Shown here one piece after another: positions 9,286 through 16,250 of a stretch of DNA of 22,225 nt. Position numbers and translations under genes: made by a program. Position 1 is the stretch's first letter. The number at the start of each line of letters is the position of its first letter. The notes beneath the pieces were generated by a model. That model did not search any database, had not been told where the DNA came from, and saw only the letters and a list, made by a program, of their open reading frames with translations. The DNA is taken from NCBI GenBank assembly GCA_031367385.1, contig JANLPS010000250.1, positions 1 through 22,225 on the forward strand, in the 5' to 3' direction. The stretch comes from Archangium sp. (GTDB lineage: Bacteria > Myxococcota > Myxococcia > Myxococcales > Myxococcaceae).

Positions 9286-11328
9286 GTGTTTACGGTAGAG
9301 CTCGGCCAAGCATGGAAGCGGCGAGGGCACTCGGGAGCCCCGCACGACTCGATTGCGCTCTCGTTCGACGGGGTCAACGTGCTGCCGCAGGTGGCCGAAG
9401 AGTCGTTGCCGCGCGTGGTGTCGGAGCTCGTCGCGGCGGTGAGCGCGCTGGTGGTCGACGGCGAGCGCTCGGGCCAGGTTTCACTCGAAGAATCGAACCT
9501 CGAGCTGTGCTTGTGGCGCCACCGGGGCTTCGAGGTCGAGCTGCAGGTGATCGACTACGGTCAGCCGCCGCGCAGGCTCGGGCCGGTGCAGATGGTCGAC
9601 CTGGCCGAGCTCAAAGACGCGGTGGTGCGGTGCGCTCGCAACTTCATGCGCGACGCGGGCACCTCGCTCGAGCTCGACCCGCAGCTGCGAGCCATCGAAG
9701 CGACGGTGCTGCAAGAGGTGCCGGTCAGCCGGGCCTCGGAGCCCTTCGTGTTCGAGCATGGCGATGAGCGCTTGCGCTTCGCGGCGAGTGACGACCTGGG
9801 CCGGTTGACCTCGTGGTCGAAGAAGTGCCGCGCGTCGCTGCCCGCGCTGTTGATTGAAGGGCGCGTCGAGGCAGGCCCAGCCCGGGTCGAGGGGTTGGTG
9901 TTTCTCGAGCTGCAGCGTCTGGCGCGCACCGCGATGGCCGAGGGCAGCGCGCTGGTCGGCAAGCAGCGAGTCGAGGCCGCGGTGATCTTCGAGTGTGCGC
10001 TCGAGCTGGTGGTCGCCTTGCGGCGGCATCACCCCGCCCTCGCCCACAACCCGTATCTCGAGTCGCTCCAGGTGCGTTGCATCGATGGGGTGGCGGCGCT
10101 CAAAGAGCCCGTGCCTGATCTGACCCCGGGCGAGCTGGGGGTCGGGTCGGCGCGGCCCACGACTGATCAGCCGTTGATCAAGCACGGCGCGGCTCGGAGG
10201 GTTCGTTTGCAGGCGAAGTGGTCGGCCCAGGTCGTGCTTGGAGAAGAAGGCGGGCGGCTGCAGCTGGTGAAGGGAGGCCTGGTGGTGGCCTCGGCGCACG
10301 CGGCCCATGCGTTTTCGACCGCAGGCAAGACCCGTTTTCGCCGCCTCGCGACCCGAGGGGTGGCGACTTCGTCATCGCGTACGGTGATCTGCGCCGACCC
10401 CGACAGCGTGATGCTGTTCGGCAGACGCAAAGGCGCCGCCTCGTGGCTGCGAGATCACGACGGCGCGCACTTCGGCCCGACCCTGCTCGAGAGTGGCCCG
10501 GTCGGAGTGACCTCACTGAGCAACCGCGGCGCGGTGGCGATCGACCTGATGACCGGCCGTGAGCTCTGGCGCTTCGACCCCACCAGAACCCAGCGAGGCT
10601 TTCTCACCGTGCAGGGGCCGCGCGTGCTCCTCGCCACCGATGGAGGCTCGCTGTTCGGTCTCGACACTGCCGATGGCCAGGTGCGGTTTCGCATTCGGGC
10701 GGCGTCTCCGGCGGCGGGGCCGGCGGTGATGATCGGGCGGCGCGCGCTCTTCGTGCTGACGCAGGGTGAGCACTCGACGGTGGTGTTGTGCGAAGCGCTC
10801 GGCGCCGATGGGCTGCCCGCGGGCACGGTGACCTGGTCGAGCGAGTTGGCGCTGGCGCACCCTGCTCCACCGGTGGCGACGAAGCAGCGAACGTTCATCG
10901 CGGGCCTGGGTGACGGCAAGACCCAGCTGCTGTGCCTCGATCAACAAGGGCACGTGCTCTGGCAACGAGCGGTGGCCTGCGATGCGCGTACGATTCGCGC
11001 GGTACCCTTCGAAGGAGGGGTCATCGCCTCCGATGCGCGGGGCGTCGCGGTGCGGGTCTTGCCCGACGGGCAAATCGACTGGGTGTTGGGGGCGAGTGGC
11101 GATGAGTTGGGTGGGCCGCTGGCGCCCCAGCTCTCGCGAAAACTACTGGTGATACCGGGGCCGGTGATTCGCGTGGTCGAGCCGCTGACGGGCCGGGTCT
11201 TGAGCGAGCTCGACGTGGGCCCGCACCTGACCGACTACGCGCTCGACAAGAAGTTCACGCTGTATACCTACACCGAGCCGGGTACCCTGCAGGCGTTCAC
11301 CCCGGGCACGCTGCTGTCGATCGTCTGA
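9286..11328 (+). CDS. PQQ-like beta-propeller repeat protein with uncharacterised N-terminal domain
   Basis: Trp-docking repeats AIDLMTGRELWRF, GLDTADGQVRF, CLDQQGHVLWQ, LPDGQIDW, EPLTGRVL. GTG 9286 has GGAG about 6 nt upstream. The ORF-track start at 9160 overlaps the divergent gene and promoter. Confidence 0.8.
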   Translation: MFTVELGQAWKRRGHSGAPHDSIALSFDGVNVLPQVAEESLPRVVSELVAAVSALVVDGERSGQVSLEESNLELCLWRHRGFEVELQVIDYGQPPRRLGPVQMVDLAELKDAVVRCARNFMRDAGTSLELDPQLRAIEATVLQEVPVSRASEPFVFEHGDERLRFAASDDLGRLTSWSKKCRASLPALLIEGRVEAGPARVEGLVFLELQRLARTAMAEGSALVGKQRVEAAVIFECALELVVALRRHHPALAHNPYLESLQVRCIDGVAALKEPVPDLTPGELGVGSARPTTDQPLIKHGAARRVRLQAKWSAQVVLGEEGGRLQLVKGGLVVASAHAAHAFSTAGKTRFRRLATRGVATSSSRTVICADPDSVMLFGRRKGAASWLRDHDGAHFGPTLLESGPVGVTSLSNRGAVAIDLMTGRELWRFDPTRTQRGFLTVQGPRVLLATDGGSLFGLDTADGQVRFRIRAASPAAGPAVMIGRRALFVLTQGEHSTVVLCEALGADGLPAGTVTWSSELALAHPAPPVATKQRTFIAGLGDGKTQLLCLDQQGHVLWQRAVACDARTIRAVPFEGGVIASDARGVAVRVLPDGQIDWVLGASGDELGGPLAPQLSRKLLVIPGPVIRVVEPLTGRVLSELDVGPHLTDYALDKKFTLYTYTEPGTLQAFTPGTLLSIV

Positions 11329-11334
11329 AGTGCG

Positions 11335-12267
11335 TTACTTCTTGGCCTGCTTCTTCGGGTCGATCTCTTCTTGCGAGCGAATCGACTCGGTGGCGCCCTT
11401 CCAGGTCTCGCCGGGGCTGAGCTTCCACTCCGCGGGCACGTCGAGCTTCCACAGGTAGTCGGCCATCACGTTGCCGCCGCTGGGTGAGCGGGCCGAGATG
11501 GTGAAGGTGATCTCGGCGGTCTTCGCCTCGGTCGGCACCTTGTCGACGTCGTAGTGACCCAACACCACCATCGGGGGGAAGTACTTCACGTAGCGCTCGG
11601 GCCAGTCGACCCGTGAATCGGGGCCGCCTTCACCGGGGATCTCGGCGATGAGCTTGCCCTTCTCATCGAAGAGCTTCCAATTGAACTTGAAGCTGGCGTT
11701 GACCAGAATTCGCTTGGTTTTCTTGTCGTCGATGCGCTCTTCGCGGGGCAGGCCCCAGACCACGAGCGGCAGGTGAATCTTCTGATCGGGCCCGACCTGT
11801 TGGGCGCTGGCGCTCAAGATGTCGAGGCGAATGCCGTTGCTGGTCGCCGACCAAAAAGGCGAATAGGTGCCTGACTGAAATTGGTCGAAAACTCGGCGGG
11901 TGTACTCATAGACGGCCTTGCGGTCGCCCGAGCGCATGTCTTCATCGCCGTCTTTCTTCTTGTTGGCGGCGCGGCTGTCGAGCTCGACGAGGTAGTCGTC
12001 GAACTTTCGGTTGCCGCCGAACTTGTTGAAGTGCTCAGTGACTTCTTTGAAGTACCAGCGCATCAAGGTCTGCAGCTCGTCGGTGTAGGCCTTCTGCTCG
12101 GGCACGTTGCGCAGCCAGGCGATGCGCTCGAGGTAGTCGGCGCGCAGGTGGGCGGTGTCGAGCTGGGCTGCGTTCTCGGTCGCGTTCTCCGTCCACTTGT
12201 TCTTGACGTAGACGATCGCCACGACGGCGAAGATGATGGCGACGATGATGCCGAAGTAGCGCTTCAT
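11335..12267 (-). CDS. Hypothetical protein with single N-terminal transmembrane anchor
   Basis: MKRYFGIIVAIIFAVVAIVYV anchor, strongly GC3-biased codons, GGAG upstream of the ATG. Confidence 0.8.
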   Translation of the reverse strand: MKRYFGIIVAIIFAVVAIVYVKNKWTENATENAAQLDTAHLRADYLERIAWLRNVPEQKAYTDELQTLMRWYFKEVTEHFNKFGGNRKFDDYLVELDSRAANKKKDGDEDMRSGDRKAVYEYTRRVFDQFQSGTYSPFWSATSNGIRLDILSASAQQVGPDQKIHLPLVVWGLPREERIDDKKTKRILVNASFKFNWKLFDEKGKLIAEIPGEGGPDSRVDWPERYVKYFPPMVVLGHYDVDKVPTEAKTAEITFTISARSPSGGNVMADYLWKLDVPAEWKLSPGETWKGATESIRSQEEIDPKKQAKK

Positions 12268-12344
12268 GGCGTGAAAGCTCCGAGCGTGAGGCGAAAGAAC
12301 GTCTCGTTGTAGGCCGTGTGTGCCCGAATCGGCAATTGTTCACT

Positions 12345-12971
12345 TCACTTCACGGTCACGTGGGCCAGGCGCGATTTGAGGGCTCCGACCAGCATGTCGA
12401 TGGCGATGTCGTTGTTGCCGCCGTGCGGCACCACGATGTCGGCCCAGCGCTTCGAGGGCTCGATGAAGGCCATGTGCATCGGGCGAACGTGGCGAAAGTA
12501 CTGGTGAATTACGTGATCGAAGTCACGGCCGCGCTCTTTGATGTCGCGGGTGAGGCGGCGAATGATGCGCACGTCGTCTTCGGTCTCGACGAAGAGCTTC
12601 ACGTCGAGCTCGGAGCGAATCGGCTCGCTGTGCAAGACCATGATGCCTTCGATCAAGATGATGCTGGCGGGGGCCACGCGGGTGGTGGCGGCCTCTCGGA
12701 GTGAGCTGACGAAGTTGTAGACCGGCTTTTCAACCGTCTCGCCGCGCTTGAGGGCCTTCAAGTGGCTGACCAGGAGGTCGGTGTCGAAGGCGTCGGGGTG
12801 ATCGAAGTTGACCTCTCGGCGCTCGTCGAGCGGTAGGTTCGAGAGGTCTTTGTAGTAGCTGTCTTGATCGATGAAGGCGATGTGCGAGGGCGACAAGGCT
12901 TCGTGAATTTTGCGCGCGACGGTGGTCTTGCCTGAGGCGGTACCACCTGCGATTCCGACGACGAGCGGCAT
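12345..12971 (-). CDS. udk: Uridine kinase
   Basis: VVGIAGGTASGKTT P-loop, QDSYYKD, NFDHPDAFD, LIEGI, RRLTRDIKERGR, FIEPSKRWAD. Confidence 0.96.
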   Translation of the reverse strand: MPLVVGIAGGTASGKTTVARKIHEALSPSHIAFIDQDSYYKDLSNLPLDERREVNFDHPDAFDTDLLVSHLKALKRGETVEKPVYNFVSSLREAATTRVAPASIILIEGIMVLHSEPIRSELDVKLFVETEDDVRIIRRLTRDIKERGRDFDHVIHQYFRHVRPMHMAFIEPSKRWADIVVPHGGNNDIAIDMLVGALKSRLAHVTVK

Positions 12972-12992
12972 GGCTGTGGCCGTACCAGAAGG

Positions 12993-13286
12993 TCAGCGAG
13001 AACGGTAGCCAGCTTCGCGCTGATGGCGAATCGCCGCTACCCGCACGAGGTCGCCGTGCTCGTCGTACTCATATTTCGCGACGTAGCCTGTCTTGCCACC
13101 GGCGATGACCAACTCACGAAGTTGCGAGCCCCGTACCCGACGCCCAATGTACGGGCTTTGGTCGAGCACCGAGATCGCCGCGACGATGATTTCAACTTGA
13201 TGCTGGGCGAAGGGAGCGTCGAAGGCTTCATTGAAACGAAAGATACGGTCGAGGTCATCGAGCGCACCGTCAGCGAAGGCGATCAC
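12993..13286 (-). CDS. Type II toxin, RelE/ParE superfamily (ParE-like)
   Basis: 97 aa; ALDDLDRI, SPYIGR, LRELVI, GYVAKY, VRVAAIRHQRE. GTGA overlap with the upstream antitoxin stop. Confidence 0.88.
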   Translation of the reverse strand: MIAFADGALDDLDRIFRFNEAFDAPFAQHQVEIIVAAISVLDQSPYIGRRVRGSQLRELVIAGGKTGYVAKYEYDEHGDLVRVAAIRHQREAGYRSR

Positions 13287-13561
13287 GAGATCTTTCGCGC
13301 CTTCGGCCGAGCCGCTTTGGTTCCGCTCGCGCGGGCACGCAGGTACGCGAAGACCTCGTCAGCGGGTATGCCCTTGCCAGAGCGCTTCATCGCGGCAAGG
13401 CGCTTCTCGGCTTCGGCCTGAAACTGGGCCTGGGCCTCTTCTGCTTCAAGCTTCTCGCGAATGGCCTCGAGCATGAACGCGTGAGCCGACTCGTCGCGCT
13501 TGGAGGCCAACTTTGCAACTCGCTGCTTGAGTGCGGCGGGCAATCTGAGTGAGACGGGCAT
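13283..13561 (-). CDS. Ribbon-helix-helix (CopG-like) antitoxin
   Basis: MPVSLRLPAALKQRVAKLA...SAHAFMLEAI RHH pattern, 92 aa, GGAG upstream of ATG 13561. Confidence 0.87.
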   Translation of the reverse strand: MPVSLRLPAALKQRVAKLASKRDESAHAFMLEAIREKLEAEEAQAQFQAEAEKRLAAMKRSGKGIPADEVFAYLRARASGTKAARPKARKIS

Positions 13562-13573
13562 CGTGAACTCCGA

Positions 13574-13585
13574 ATACAAATGTAT
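13574..13585. promoter_or_regulatory. Palindromic operator candidate for the RHH-ParE operon
   Basis: ATACA-AA-TGTAT inverted repeat just upstream of the antitoxin RBS. Confidence 0.55.
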
Positions 13586-13744
13586 CACAGATGGGCCGGC
13601 GGCACCACGCTCAGTCGGGGCTGGTCGTGAAAGGTCTTCGTGGCTGTGCAGGGGGGCGGCGCAGTGGGCCCGGCCTGCAATTGGGTCGGGTCGCACCTCA
13701 GAGTCGCCGAATGTCTAAAGCTAAGGAACCGACGGTCACGGTTG

Positions 13745-14096
13745 ATGCACAACTCACCGACCGTCGCGTTCGCGGCGGCTGGGCGGCGGGTTCTGTTGGT
13801 CGGCGAAATCGGGCGTCAGATTCGCGATGAGTTGGCGGAGCGCGGGGTGCTCCTGACGCTGGTGGCCACCCTCAGCGACGGCTTCGCGGCCCTTGAGAAC
13901 GACTTTGACGTGGTGGTCGTGAACCCTCTTACCGATGCATGCGGCGTGGACTTTGTAAGCGCTCTGAAGGAGGGACCCGACGACCATGAGCACACCCTCG
14001 CGACGCTCTTGGGCGCGCGCGGAGCCGCTGATCGCGACGATTCTCACGGTTGATGCCACGAGCCTACTTCAGGCCTGCAAGACGAACCTCGCTTGA
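13745..14096 (+). pseudogene. Degenerate receiver-like gene, probably frameshifted or internally deleted
   Basis: ATG 13745 frame reads RVLLVGE...DFDVVVVNP...GVDFVSALK (receiver b1-a3 pattern, Asn at the phospho-Asp site) and stops at 14053. Another frame from about 14022 reads EPLIATILTVDATSLLQACKTNLA* to 14096. Confidence 0.45.
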
Positions 14097-14115
14097 GGCC
14101 ATGAACCTCGCAGCT

Positions 14116-14511
14116 TCAGGGCACCCACTTCACGACGTGCGTGCGAAGAAAAACGGCCACGTCAGCCTTGCCGATCGCACTGCTGGCGGTGCTCAACACG
14201 AGGTCGACGACCTCGTCTTCGGTGGCTTCGAGCCGCAGGTCGTTGAGGCCCAGAAACGCCAACGAGACCGCGAGGCCCACGCGTTTGTTGCCATCGACAA
14301 AGGGGTGATTTTTGACCAGGTGAAAGAGGTACGCCGAAGCCATCTCGGGAAGGGTCGGATGCAACCGCTCTCCGCCGAACGCAGACTGCGGCATCGCGAG
14401 GGCCGACTCCAACAGGCCAAGATCTCGCAGGCCGCCAGCGCCACCGTAGCGGCGGAGTTGATCTGCCTGAATCGCGAGAACTTCGTCGAGCGTCAGGAAG
14501 ACGGGGTTCAT
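14116..14511 (-). CDS. doc: Death-on-curing (Doc/Fic family) toxin
   Basis: HPFVDGNKR Doc motif, GLRDLGLLESALAMP, 131 aa, ATGA overlap with the antitoxin. Confidence 0.93.
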   Translation of the reverse strand: MNPVFLTLDEVLAIQADQLRRYGGAGGLRDLGLLESALAMPQSAFGGERLHPTLPEMASAYLFHLVKNHPFVDGNKRVGLAVSLAFLGLNDLRLEATEDEVVDLVLSTASSAIGKADVAVFLRTHVVKWVP

Positions 14512-14735
14512 TTCGCCAAGCGCTCGAACGCCCCTGAGAAATCGGCGTGGGCTCGCTCGATCACCTTCTTCAGCTTGCTGGTTCGTTTCGAGCTGCGAAT
14601 GGGCGAGAGCACAATCACCTCGCCGTCGGTCGAGATCTCGAGCCTGGTATTTTTATCGATGCCGGTCTTCTCGAGCAGTGCTTTGTCGAGAACCACCGCG
14701 AGGCTGTTGCCTGTCTTGACGAGTCGTTTGGCCAT
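14508..14735 (-). CDS. AbrB/MazE/SpoVT-fold antitoxin
   Basis: KRLVKTGNSLAVVLDKALLEKTGI...EVIVLSP swapped-hairpin pattern. The C-terminal AFERLAK helix resembles those of Doc-associated antidotes. Confidence 0.9.
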   Translation of the reverse strand: MAKRLVKTGNSLAVVLDKALLEKTGIDKNTRLEISTDGEVIVLSPIRSSKRTSKLKKVIERAHADFSGAFERLAK

Positions 14736-14749
14736 GGAGCGCTCCGTCA

Positions 14750-14771
14750 GTACGTTGTACCGCCAACGTAC
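14750..14771. promoter_or_regulatory. Palindromic operator candidate for the AbrB-Doc operon
   Basis: Perfect GTACGTTG-N6-CAACGTAC inverted repeat 14 bp upstream of the antitoxin ATG. Confidence 0.65.
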
Positions 14772-14789
14772 GAACGGCTCAAGCCCCGC

Positions 14790-15545
14790 TCAGAGCTCGA
14801 ACGTCTCGCCCAGCTCGCACACATGCACCGGCAAGTGCGCCACTTCGGCCTTGAGCTGATCAACGAACGCCGGCTTGAGGTGGTACAGCAGCACCTCGCA
14901 CCCGCGGCGATCGAACTTCTTGAGCTCTTCTTCGAGCGTCTGCGGCGTGAAGTGCCCGGAGATGTCAGCCAGCGACTGCAGCTTGTTGGGAAAGCTGCAC
15001 TCGAGCAGCAGCACCTTCAAATCATCGACCTTGTTGAGCACCTTCCAGAACTGGGTGGTCGGGCCGGTGTCACCAGAGATCGCCAGCGAGGTCTGCCCAT
15101 CTGAAATGACGAACCCGCACGACTCGACCGGGTGATCGACCGGCACCGACTTCACCTTGTACGGCCCAATCGTGGTCGACGCGCCCGACTTGAACGGCTT
15201 CAGCTTGAACACGGGCGACTTCTTGTTCGGTATCTTCGTGAAGTCGGGCCACAGCACGTTGTTGAACAAGTTCTTCTGCAGCGTCTCGATGCACTCGGTG
15301 TTGCTGTGAATCACCACCGGCCCGTCGCGGCGCCCGACCAGCACGTCAGCCAGCATCGGCAGATCTTTGACGTGATCAAAGTGACTGTGGGTCAGTAGAA
15401 TGTGCTCGAGCTTCACCAGCTCATCGAGCGGCAACGTCGAGGTCAGCGCGCCGGCGTCGAGAGAGAGCACGTCATCGACCAGAAAACAGGTGCTCTTGCA
15501 CCCTGGCAGCTCTCCTCCATGCGCGCCCAGGACCTTGAGCTTCAC
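14790..15545 (-). CDS. Metallo-beta-lactamase-fold (class II-type) 3',5'-cyclic nucleotide phosphodiesterase
   Basis: LKVLGAHGG, DAG, THSHFDH (HxHxDH), FNNVLWPDF, VDHPV, SGDT, ECSFPN, GHFTP, YHLKP. GTG start lies 2 nt after the crp stop, with GGAG upstream. Confidence 0.85.
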   Translation of the reverse strand: MKLKVLGAHGGELPGCKSTCFLVDDVLSLDAGALTSTLPLDELVKLEHILLTHSHFDHVKDLPMLADVLVGRRDGPVVIHSNTECIETLQKNLFNNVLWPDFTKIPNKKSPVFKLKPFKSGASTTIGPYKVKSVPVDHPVESCGFVISDGQTSLAISGDTGPTTQFWKVLNKVDDLKVLLLECSFPNKLQSLADISGHFTPQTLEEELKKFDRRGCEVLLYHLKPAFVDQLKAEVAHLPVHVCELGETFEL

Positions 15546-15547
15546 TT

Positions 15548-16198
15548 TCAGAGGTCTCCGAACTTCCACTTCATTTCGAGGTAGCGCAGAAAATCGAACA
15601 AGCGCGCGGTATCTCGCACCACCACCCGCTCTCCAGACACCTCGATCAGCCCCGACTTCTCGAGCCGGTGCATCAGGTACCGAATCGCCGGTTCACCGAC
15701 TCCGAGCTCGCGGGGCAATTCACGCACGACCAGATCAATCTCGATGCCGTCTTCGCTGGGGCGCCCGCGGCTCTGGCACATCTGCAGAATGTGGTGCACC
15801 ACGCGGCTGGCAGGGTCTCCCAGCAACAGGCTCTCGATCTGGGCGTCGGCTTCAGACAAGCGCTCGGCGAGCTTCTTGATCATGCGCACCGAGATCTCTG
15901 AATTACCGCGAATCATCGCCTCGAACGTCTTGGGGTCGATGACCAAAAGCCGTGCGTCTTCTTCAACGATGGCCGAAGCGTTGCGAGGCTTGTTCGAGAT
16001 GATCGCCATCTCTCCGAAGAACTCGCCGGGCCCGAGCACCGCCAGCACCTTCTCGACGTCGCGCACCTTTTTGGAGATCGCCACCTTGCCCGACTGCAAG
16101 ACGTACATCTCTTTGCCGGGCTCGCCCTCGCGACACAGAACGGTGCCCTTGGGCATCTCCTTGCCGAACCGCTGGAACAGGGCTTCTTCTGCGCTCAT
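15548..16198 (-). CDS. Crp/Fnr-family cyclic-nucleotide-binding protein with C-terminal winged HTH
   Basis: REGEPGKEMYVLQSGKV, phosphate-binding cassette FFGEMAIISNKPRNASA, C-helix, and HTH/wing RELPRELGVGEPAIRYLMHRLEKSGLIEV. Confidence 0.9.
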   Translation of the reverse strand: MSAEEALFQRFGKEMPKGTVLCREGEPGKEMYVLQSGKVAISKKVRDVEKVLAVLGPGEFFGEMAIISNKPRNASAIVEEDARLLVIDPKTFEAMIRGNSEISVRMIKKLAERLSEADAQIESLLLGDPASRVVHHILQMCQSRGRPSEDGIEIDLVVRELPRELGVGEPAIRYLMHRLEKSGLIEVSGERVVVRDTARLFDFLRYLEMKWKFGDL

Positions 16199-16223
16199 TG
16201 AGGGGAGGTCGATTTAGCGACCG

Positions 16224-16241
16224 ATTGACGCGAGGGTCAAT
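16224..16241. promoter_or_regulatory. ATTGAC-N6-GTCAAT palindrome overlapping a putative -35 upstream of the Crp-family gene
   Basis: Perfect 6 bp inverted repeat within the 52 bp gap between cyclase and crp. Confidence 0.55.
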
Positions 16242-16250
16242 TTATCTCTG

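Noticed and set aside
12990..14785. Prophage, IS or integron cassette array
   Set aside because: No integrase or transposase, terminal repeats, target duplication or convincing attC structure found by eye.
14050..14859. 269 aa plus-strand ORF
   Set aside because: Antisense to the doc and antitoxin genes, which carry clear family motifs.
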